DNA of 64,000 nt from assembly GCA_964478715.1 (NCBI GenBank), contig CAYZIY010000006.1, forward strand, positions 23,186 to 87,185, given 5' to 3'. The DNA is from an uncultured Planctomycetales bacterium (GTDB taxonomy: Bacteria > Omnitrophota > Gorgyraeia > Zapsychrales > JBDRMG01). Positions within the stretch are counted from its first letter, which is position 1; each line of letters opens with the position of its first letter. Below are positions 57,053 to 64,000 of this stretch, in pieces. The translations under genes and the position numbers were made by a program. The notes beneath the pieces were generated by a model. The model ran no database searches. It saw only the letters and a program-made list of their open reading frames with translations, and was not told the DNA's origin.

Positions 57053-57278
57053 TTCCTTTATAATGAATATAGCTGAGACAGTGAGGGCATTGGATGATTT
57101 CATCGCCGTAAGTCATTTCAAAAAAAAGTGTACAATACGGACATTGTTTGTGGTTCGATCGATACTGCTCACATCTTTTTTCCTCTCTATAAGTATAATT
57201 GATCCAGGCGGCAGCAGCAAGCACAATCGCGATAAAGACAAGCAAAGCAATGGCTTGGGAGAATTCGATTTCGATCAT
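57024..57278 (-). CDS. Small membrane protein with a zinc-ribbon motif (CPYC...CPHC)
   Basis: MIEIEFSQAIALLVFIAIVLAAAAW...CPYC..(15 aa)..CPHC. Its ATG overlaps the TGA of the upstream TonB-like gene (ATGA). Confidence 0.45.
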   Translation of the reverse strand: MIEIEFSQAIALLVFIAIVLAAAAWINYTYREEKRCEQYRSNHKQCPYCTLFFEMTYGDEIIQCPHCLSYIHYKGNEKHEDFRK

Positions 57279-57724
57279 GGATGAGATTCGTCCAAGGTTA
57301 ATGGTTGCGGCGGCTTCACCGAGGGTCCGTTGTTTCCAAGCGGCAGTCTTTGTTTGGGGAAAATATCGGTCCATTCTTTACCGGTAGGCCACTTTTTTGA
57401 TTCCTTTATGCTGATATTTTTTTGATCATTTTGATCAAAGGTCGGCTTTTTTTCGGCCCGATAGAGATCTTTGACCAGCGAAGGTTTTAAAGATAGATCC
57501 TGATCGACTGTCAGTGAAGCGGAAAGTTTCTCTGGCCGGATTTTTTTAGACGCTTTCTTCTTGCTGAGTTCCTCTTCCCTTAGTATGGATCCGATAAAAA
57601 TTGCCAGAGGTTTTTTTTGTTCTTTTTTGCTGCGAAAGACGATAACAAATAAACTCAGAACGAGAGCGTGAACGGCTAAAGAAAGGCAGAATGCATAAAA
57701 CAAAAACGATCTCGAAAGCCTCAT
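57275..57724 (-). CDS. TonB-like N-terminal anchor protein (SxxxH TM motif, Lys/Glu-rich linker, no recognisable TonB C-terminal domain)
   Basis: MRLSRSFLFYAFCLSLAVHALVLSLFVIVF with the S-x3-H motif. Immediately downstream of exbB-exbD. Start taken at the internal Met. Confidence 0.5.
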   Translation of the reverse strand: MRLSRSFLFYAFCLSLAVHALVLSLFVIVFRSKKEQKKPLAIFIGSILREEELSKKKASKKIRPEKLSASLTVDQDLSLKPSLVKDLYRAEKKPTFDQNDQKNISIKESKKWPTGKEWTDIFPKQRLPLGNNGPSVKPPQPLTLDESHP

Positions 57725-57734
57725 AAGGCTATCC

Positions 57735-58139
57735 TTAATCTTTTCGGTCTGTGGCGATGTTGACTCGTTCGATCTCAAGTTCCCGGCATAAATCCCAGAT
57801 ATCAATGATGCGCCCCAGCGAGGCCCGGCGATCCGCTTTGATCAAGATGGGTCGCTTGCGGCTGTCCGCTTTAGACAGTCGGGTCTTTAGGTCGGCCATA
57901 GTGGCGATAGAATTTTCCAGATAAACGATATTCTCGCTGGTCACGACAATTTCGATGTTCTCCTCGTCGATAACTTCGCTGGTGATGGCGCGCGGCAGCT
58001 TGACTTTAATACCGGATTGAAAAACGAAAGACGACGAGAGCATAAAAAATATGAGCAGCTGAAAAATAACGTCGACAAGCGGGGCGAGATCGATCTGCTT
58101 AAGTCCGGAATCAAGTTTTGTTTGACGTTTAAATTTCAA
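57735..58139 (-). CDS. exbD: Biopolymer transport protein ExbD/TolR
   Basis: LAPLVDVIFQLLIFFML TM helix with conserved Asp, 134 aa. Confidence 0.85.
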   Translation of the reverse strand: MKFKRQTKLDSGLKQIDLAPLVDVIFQLLIFFMLSSSFVFQSGIKVKLPRAITSEVIDEENIEIVVTSENIVYLENSIATMADLKTRLSKADSRKRPILIKADRRASLGRIIDIWDLCRELEIERVNIATDRKD

Positions 58140-58819
58140 GAAATATCCTTTTCGTTGTCATTGTCCTGATTATGGTGAGAGACTTCTCTTTGTGAGAGCA
58201 GATTCAGCAATTCGGTGGCGCTGTGTTCCATCTGCAGAATAAAGGCATTTACGCGATTGACAAAATAATTATAGAAAACGAAAGCAATGATCGCGATGAT
58301 TAGTCCGGCGACCGTTGTTAAAAGAGCTTCCCAGATACCGCCGGCCAAGTCTCCGGGAGTAACCGGATTAAGAGAGGTGGCTCTCTCCTGAATAGTATGA
58401 AAGCTGGCCGCCAAGCCGGTGACGGTCCCCAAGAGCCCCAGAAGCGGTGCAATATGGGAGATGGTAGATAAAGCAGGCAACTTTTTTTCGAGGCGGGGTA
58501 CTTCATAGAGGCTGGCGTCTTCGATGGATTCCCTGATTTCTTCTCGAGACGCGCCGAATTTGATGATTCCGGCCTGCAGGATTTTAGCAACCGGTGATCG
58601 ACTGTTTTCGCATGCAGAGAGCGCCTCTTGCCAATCATTATTTTTAAGCGCGCCAAAAATGTTCTCTTTGAGTTTTTTGACATTGGTGGTAATGGAACTG
58701 TAAAAAACAAAACGTTCAATAATAATGGCCAGTGAGAGCACGGAGCATAGAAGCAGAACATACATAATCGGTCCACCGGCCATCATCAAACTCCACGCGT
58801 CAATTTTCCATATCCCCAT
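58136..58819 (-). CDS. exbB: MotA/TolQ/ExbB proton-channel family protein
   Basis: Three TM helices and ISHIAPLLGLLGTVTGL motif. Confidence 0.85.
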   Translation of the reverse strand: MGIWKIDAWSLMMAGGPIMYVLLLCSVLSLAIIIERFVFYSSITTNVKKLKENIFGALKNNDWQEALSACENSRSPVAKILQAGIIKFGASREEIRESIEDASLYEVPRLEKKLPALSTISHIAPLLGLLGTVTGLAASFHTIQERATSLNPVTPGDLAGGIWEALLTTVAGLIIAIIAFVFYNYFVNRVNAFILQMEHSATELLNLLSQREVSHHNQDNDNEKDIS

Positions 58820-58834
58820 TGTTAGACCCCCCCG

Positions 58835-61375
58835 TTATTGATTGAGTGAACTGTTTTGATCGATCCATTCCAGGCGTTCTTTGGCAAACTTTGATTCATC
58901 GACCTGCTGATTGACGATTTTTTCATAGACAAGCTTGGCATTTTTCCAGTCTTCTTCATCTTCAAAAATCCGGGCCATTCTCAGATAAGCCTTAGTGGTC
59001 CAGTGAAGTTCATCCGGAAAAAGATAAGGAATTTTCAGATAAGCCTCAATGGCTTTGTTATTTTCATTTATTATTTCATAAGTATCGGCAATCAAAAAAT
59101 AAATTTCAACCTCTTTGATCGTGCTCAGACCCTTAGCAGCCTTAAGCGCTTTTTCGTATTCATTCAGGGCCTTGGCGTGCTGATCTTGCTGTAGGTAAAT
59201 ATCCGCACTTTTAATAAAAGAATCACGCATAAATTCGGGACATTGTTGAGCGATATTCAGATAGATATCGACAGCTTGATCGTGAGGAATATCGCGGGAG
59301 AAAATATTGGCAATGGCCAACTGAGCTTTAGCGAAGACTTCTCGATGGGTGGTGTCGGTGATTTGTTTGTACTGATTCAGAGCCAAATCAAATGATTCCT
59401 TCTTTTCATAAGCCTGACCCAGATAGAGTCTAGCCTGATCCACGCTGCCGCTGTCGGGGAACTGATCGATAAGTTGAGTTAGGTAAGTGATCACCTGGTC
59501 CCAATTTTCCTGAGCAAAGTAATATTGCCCCAGCCAAAACAGAGATTCAAGCGCTGCTTCACTTTGCGGATATTTATAAATAATAATCTTAAAACGCTTT
59601 AACGCTTCTTTGTCATTCCCCAGGCTGTAAAAACACTTAGCGATATTGATTTCTACGTCCTTTAATAAATTTTTTCGATGAGAATAGTTCATTAAGATTA
59701 ATTCAAAATTATCTTTTGCCTCATGGACTTCCCTTAGATTAAAATAAGCCAAGCCCATCAGATAATGGGCGTCTGGCTGGAGCTCATGGGTATGGGGAGC
59801 CTGATCGATAAAAGCCTGCAGTTCCTCTTTGACCGCCTGCCAGTTTTCTTTTTTGAAATAGGTCAGGCCCAAGTAGTATTTTGTTTCCAATAAATAGCGA
59901 CTGTCCGGATAATTATTTTTAAGACTTTGAAAAACGATGGCCGCTGAATCGGTACGTTCCATTTTGAGTAAGACAATTCCCTGACGGTATTGCACGTAGT
60001 CGGTATAGAGGCTCTCGGGAAACTCTTTCAGAATACGATCGTAAATATTGAGAGCCTTGGACAATTTACCGGTGTCGTGATACGCATCGCCGATTTGTGT
60101 TAAAGCGCTGATTTTGATCGATTTACTTTGTGCTTGGTCGACAATGGTCTGAAAGCTTGCGATCGCTTTTTCTATCTCTCCTTGTTTTAAAAAAATCCAT
60201 CCCAAAGAAAAGTATGCTTTCTGGACGATGTTTTTCGCTTGAGGTTGGTCGTCTACGGTTTTGATAATCAAACGATTTTGTTTAATAGCTTCATCAAAAC
60301 GGTTCAGTAGATATAATTCATTGGCTTTACCCAATCGGGCTTCTGGAATATGAGAACTTTGAGGGTATTCAGTGATCAATTGGTTGTAGACGGATAAAGC
60401 ACGGAGATGATCATTTTGTTTGGCGTGAAGTGTGGCTTGGGCTAAGAGGACGTCATCCGCCGGAAAATTATTGACTTGGGCTATATCCAGCGCTTTGGTT
60501 ATATGCATTTGCGCATTGTCGAAATCATTGAGCTTTAAGAAACTCCATCCTGCGCTGACATTGGAAAGCAGACAAATGTTTTGGTCGCTGCTGATCTCCA
60601 TGGACTTTTTATAATATTCGATGGCTTGAGGAAAATCTTCATGATAATAGTAGCATTCTCCCATTAAGAAATAAGCTCTCTCGGCTTGAACGGATTTCGG
60701 GAACTGAATGATAAATTGTCGGAAGGTTTCAATCGCTTTTTCATAAAGGCCGGAAAGATATTGCGATTCGGCAGCTTTAAAGAGACTTTCTTGGTAAAGT
60801 TCATGATTCTTAAAGCGGTTAACAAACTCCAAAAATATTTTCTGAGACTCTTGATAGTTGTCTTGTTCGAAATAACTCCAGCCTAATGAATGCAAGGCGG
60901 TGGGGACGTATGGTGAATCAGGGTATTCGTTAATCAACTGATGATAAAGCTCCTGGGCATTGGAATAATCTTGACCTTTCAGGTAAGTCTCTCCCATCCA
61001 AAACAGAGTCGCGTCTTTGAGAGAGGAAGTTTCCAATAACCCGCGGAAAACTTCAAAGGCTTCAAGATATTTCTCTTGAAAGAAATAACAACGCCCGATT
61101 AGCAGTTTGGCTTCATTCTTTTTACTGGATCGCGGATACGTTTTTAGAAAATCATTCAGATAGCGAACAGCCGTATCGTAAAAGCGGTCGTCATAAGCGC
61201 GTTGAGCGACATAAAAAAGCTCTAGCTCGCTTTCGGCATAAATGCTGACGCTAAAGGGATAATTCCCTAACGCCGTTGAACAAAGCAAAGTTAGAAAAAG
61301 GACTCTTAAGAAGGATGCGCGTGCCATTTTCGTGATCATTCGCCGTATTATAACAAGTGTCAGAGGCATTGACAA
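58835..61375 (-). CDS. Large secreted TPR-repeat protein (846 aa, more than 15 TPR units)
   Basis: Signal peptide then an almost uninterrupted TPR array. Lies 11 nt downstream of uvrA and 16 nt upstream of exbB. Confidence 0.7.
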   Translation of the reverse strand: MSMPLTLVIIRRMITKMARASFLRVLFLTLLCSTALGNYPFSVSIYAESELELFYVAQRAYDDRFYDTAVRYLNDFLKTYPRSSKKNEAKLLIGRCYFFQEKYLEAFEVFRGLLETSSLKDATLFWMGETYLKGQDYSNAQELYHQLINEYPDSPYVPTALHSLGWSYFEQDNYQESQKIFLEFVNRFKNHELYQESLFKAAESQYLSGLYEKAIETFRQFIIQFPKSVQAERAYFLMGECYYYHEDFPQAIEYYKKSMEISSDQNICLLSNVSAGWSFLKLNDFDNAQMHITKALDIAQVNNFPADDVLLAQATLHAKQNDHLRALSVYNQLITEYPQSSHIPEARLGKANELYLLNRFDEAIKQNRLIIKTVDDQPQAKNIVQKAYFSLGWIFLKQGEIEKAIASFQTIVDQAQSKSIKISALTQIGDAYHDTGKLSKALNIYDRILKEFPESLYTDYVQYRQGIVLLKMERTDSAAIVFQSLKNNYPDSRYLLETKYYLGLTYFKKENWQAVKEELQAFIDQAPHTHELQPDAHYLMGLAYFNLREVHEAKDNFELILMNYSHRKNLLKDVEINIAKCFYSLGNDKEALKRFKIIIYKYPQSEAALESLFWLGQYYFAQENWDQVITYLTQLIDQFPDSGSVDQARLYLGQAYEKKESFDLALNQYKQITDTTHREVFAKAQLAIANIFSRDIPHDQAVDIYLNIAQQCPEFMRDSFIKSADIYLQQDQHAKALNEYEKALKAAKGLSTIKEVEIYFLIADTYEIINENNKAIEAYLKIPYLFPDELHWTTKAYLRMARIFEDEEDWKNAKLVYEKIVNQQVDESKFAKERLEWIDQNSSLNQ

Positions 61376-61386
61376 TCGCTTTAGCT

Positions 61387-64000
61387 TTATAGTTTCAACA
61401 AACCTTTTAGAAATCGTCCGGTATAACTGGCCTCATGGGAGCAGATTTCTTCGGGAGTTCCGGCGCAGACGACCTTTCCCCCTCTGTCACCCCCTTCGGG
61501 CCCCAGATCAATAATGTGATCGGCCGTTTTTATAACCTCAAGATTGTGCTCAATAACTAAAACGGTATTGCCCTTATCGACCAGACGGCTGAGGACTTCG
61601 AGTAATTTATGGACGTCGGCAAAGTGAAGGCCTGTGGTGGGCTCATCCAGGATATAAAGAGTGCGACCTGTCGATTTTTTGCTGAGTTCAGAGGCCAACT
61701 TGACTCTTTGCGCTTCTCCGCCGGAAAGAGTTGTCGCCGGCTGTCCCAATTTGATATAATCGAGCCCCACGTCATGAAGTGTTTTTAAAATTCTTTTGAT
61801 TCGGGGAATATTCTCGAAATGTTTCAGGGCACCCTCAACAGACATGTTAAGAATATCGGCAATATTTTTATCCTTATAGAGGACCTCTAAAGTTTGCTGA
61901 GTGAAGCGTTTTCCTTGGCATACTTCGCATTCTACATAAACATCGGGCAGAAAATGCATTTCGATTTTTTTGATTCCATCCCCTTTACAGGCTTCACAGC
62001 GGCCGCCTTGAACATTGAAGCTAAAGCGTCCAGGTTTATAGCCCCTCATTTTGGCTTGGGGCATTTGACTAAGAATCGTCCGGATATGGCTAAAAACACC
62101 GGTATAGGTGGCCGGATTGGACCGGGGTGTGCGGCCGATGGGAGATTGATCCACAACAATAACCTTATCTAAATGCTCTGTTCCCTTTAAGGCGTCATGA
62201 TTTCCGGGCTTTTCTTTTGAATGATAAAATTTTTGAGACAAAGACTTATAAAGCACATCATCCACCAGGGTTGATTTCCCCGAACCGGAGACACCGGTAA
62301 TGCAAACAAATTTCTTGAGCGGAATCGAGACATTGATTGATTTAAGATTATGCTCTCTGGCACCGATAATTTTCAACTCGCTTGGTTTCTCATTTTTTCT
62401 TCTTTTTAAAGGAAGGGGTATGTTAAGTTTACCGCAAAGATAACGGCCGGTAAGTGATTTTTTAGATTTCAGTAAGCCGCGGACATTGCCCGCATAAATC
62501 ACGCGACCTCCGTGTTCTCCGGCTCCGGGGCCAAGATCAATGACATAATCGGCAGCGCGAATGGTCGCTTCGTCATGCTCCACGACTATGAGAGTATTAC
62601 CCGTATCTCTTAAGTCTTGCAGCGTGGAGAGCAGCCGTTCGTTGTCTTTTTGATGAAGTCCGATGCTTGGTTCATCCAGAATATAAATAACGCCCACCAG
62701 GCCGCTTCCCACCTGAGTCGCTAAACGAATGCGTTCGGCTTCGCCGCCAGAGAGCGTCGCACTCTTACGATCGAGAGTTAAGTAGTCGAGACCGACATTG
62801 ATGCAAAAATCTAATCTGCGAATAATTTCTTTAAGGATCTGTTCGCTGATGACTTTTTTATCCCGGGACAGGTGGAGATTCGTAAAGAAATGTTTGGCTT
62901 GACTAATCGAAAAGGTGGATATTTCGCTGATATTCTTTTTATTAATCTTAACCGCTAGAGATTCTTTTTTGAGACGCTTTCCGTCACATTCCGGGCAGGG
63001 TGAAACAGACATAAATTTTGAAATTTCACTTTTCAGCCAGTCGTTGTCGGTTTCATTAAACATACGTTCAAGATAAGGAATGATGCCTTCGTACTGACGG
63101 GACCAGATCACATCTTTGGATCCGTAGAGAATCATCTTTCTTCTGGATTTAGAAAGCCTTTTGTAAGGAGTATCAAGCACTAAATCATGAAGATCGGCCA
63201 GCTCGCGCATGACGGCCCGGTAATACATCAGAAATCCGCGGCCTCCCTTTTTCCAGGGAGCAATGGCATTAATCCAGGGCTTATCCGGATTGGGAACTAA
63301 AAGCTGGGGGTCAATCTCCATTTTTGTTCCAAGACCCTTGCAGCGAGGACAGGCTCCGTAAGGAGAATTAAAGGAAAAAATTCTTGGCTCAATCTCAGTC
63401 AGGCTCATGCCGCAATCCAGGCAGGCATAATGTTCGCTGAAGATTTTATCCTGACCCTTTTCTAATCCACTGATGATCACTATGCCGTTGCCGGTTTTTA
63501 GCGCTGTTTCAATGGAATCGGTTAGTCTGTTTTTGGCCTGAGCTTTTAGCACGAGACGATCAACCACGACTTCGATGTGATGGACTTTGTATTTATCGAG
63601 ATTGATTTTTTCATCAATGCCAACAATATTTCCATCGATCCTTAAACGACTGAAGCCTGCTTTGGTGATCTGTTTTTGGATATCACGATATTCCCCCTTC
63701 CGGCCTCTAACAAGCGGAGCGAGAATCATAATCGGCCGGTGTGTTTTTTCCTTCAATAGCGCATAAACGATTTCTTGGGAGGTTTGTTGTTCGATTTTTT
63801 TGCCGCATTGATAACAATAAGGGGTACCGATGCGGGAAAAAAGCAAACGGAGATAATCGTAGATCTCTGTTTGGGTGGCGACGGTTGAGCGCGGGTTGCG
63901 GCTGGTTGTTTTCTGTTCGATGGAAATGGTTGGAGAAAGCCCTTCGATCGACTCGACTCTCGGTTTCTGTAGCTGCTCCAGAAATTGGCGGGCATAAGCC
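61387..64000 (-). CDS. uvrA: Excinuclease ABC subunit A (N-terminus lies beyond the window edge)
   Basis: The ORF track shows 61387..63846 from a TTG start. In-frame translation continues to nt 64000 (...[62 protein letters not shown]) with no stop. Zinc-finger CxxC pairs and two ABC modules are present. Confidence 0.95.
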   Translation of the reverse strand, partial: AYARQFLEQLQKPRVESIEGLSPTISIEQKTTSRNPRSTVATQTEIYDYLRLLFSRIGTPYCYQCGKKIEQQTSQEIVYALLKEKTHRPIMILAPLVRGRKGEYRDIQKQITKAGFSRLRIDGNIVGIDEKINLDKYKVHHIEVVVDRLVLKAQAKNRLTDSIETALKTGNGIVIISGLEKGQDKIFSEHYACLDCGMSLTEIEPRIFSFNSPYGACPRCKGLGTKMEIDPQLLVPNPDKPWINAIAPWKKGGRGFLMYYRAVMRELADLHDLVLDTPYKRLSKSRRKMILYGSKDVIWSRQYEGIIPYLERMFNETDNDWLKSEISKFMSVSPCPECDGKRLKKESLAVKINKKNISEISTFSISQAKHFFTNLHLSRDKKVISEQILKEIIRRLDFCINVGLDYLTLDRKSATLSGGEAERIRLATQVGSGLVGVIYILDEPSIGLHQKDNERLLSTLQDLRDTGNTLIVVEHDEATIRAADYVIDLGPGAGEHGGRVIYAGNVRGLLKSKKSLTGRYLCGKLNIPLPLKRRKNEKPSELKIIGAREHNLKSINVSIPLKKFVCITGVSGSGKSTLVDDVLYKSLSQKFYHSKEKPGNHDALKGTEHLDKVIVVDQSPIGRTPRSNPATYTGVFSHIRTILSQMPQAKMRGYKPGRFSFNVQGGRCEACKGDGIKKIEMHFLPDVYVECEVCQGKRFTQQTLEVLYKDKNIADILNMSVEGALKHFENIPRIKRILKTLHDVGLDYIKLGQPATTLSGGEAQRVKLASELSKKSTGRTLYILDEPTTGLHFADVHKLLEVLSRLVDKGNTVLVIEHNLEVIKTADHIIDLGPEGGDRGGKVVCAGTPEEICSHEASYTGRFLKGLLKL

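Noticed and set aside
63753-63995. 80-aa ORF ([14 protein letters not shown]...) at the right edge
   Set aside because: It is in a different frame on the same strand as uvrA. The uvrA frame translates without a stop to nt 64000 as genuine UvrA sequence (...[20 protein letters not shown]...), so this ORF is a frame artefact.
1-64000. CRISPR arrays, cas genes, restriction-modification or other known defense systems, transposases
   Set aside because: No regularly spaced direct repeats were noticed, and all substantial ORFs are accounted for by housekeeping, pilus or envelope functions.

Overview
This 64 kb window is a gene-dense stretch of a bacterial chromosome with roughly 45% GC. It most likely comes from an uncultivated lineage, judging by the many TPR proteins, fused genes and tightly overlapping genes, but no phylum can be assigned from sequence alone. 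Every recognisable gene except one lies on the minus strand; the exception is a PPi-dependent phosphofructokinase at the left end. Genes are packed tightly, with many 1-30 nt overlaps and several ATGA stop/start overlaps.

The annotation is largely housekeeping. Recognised genes include pfp, nnr, acpS, pdxJ, cdaA, folP, ftsH, tilS, tsaD, ctpA, gatCAB, ksgA, pdxA, surA, a short mfd, secDF, yajC, rpsP, a trpE/pabB-like gene fused onto a hisDBHAFI operon, alaS, recX, htrA, recA, rsmE and a partial uvrA. There are two tRNAs, Met/Ile2(CAU) and Ala(CGC), and neither has an encoded CCA.

The most distinctive region is a roughly 17 kb co-oriented locus at 44.3-61.4 kb. It contains an 846-aa TPR protein, exbB, exbD, a TonB-like anchor, a zinc-ribbon miniprotein and a PilX-like protein. 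After a short gap comes a small excisionase-type HTH gene, then a type IVa pilus machine: a fused PilMN, PilO, PilP, the PilQ secretin, the PilB ATPase and the PilC platform. Downstream are six consecutive prepilin genes, one carrying a Myxococcus-type cysteine-rich repeat, followed by a tightly coupled GT-C-like polytopic membrane protein that may be a pilin glycosyltransferase.

Other oddities:
- A bactofilin fused to an HTH domain sits next to a membrane-anchored HTH paralog.
- The mfd is a minimal form that lacks the UvrB-like N-terminal modules and the C-terminal D7 domain.
- A 35-codon ORF coupled to cdaA looks like a CdaR/YbbR transmembrane-anchor remnant.
- Three GT-C/PMT-like membrane proteins carry TPR tails.
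- A near-consensus sigma70 promoter lies in front of recA.

I recognised no CRISPR array, integrase, transposase or known defense system.
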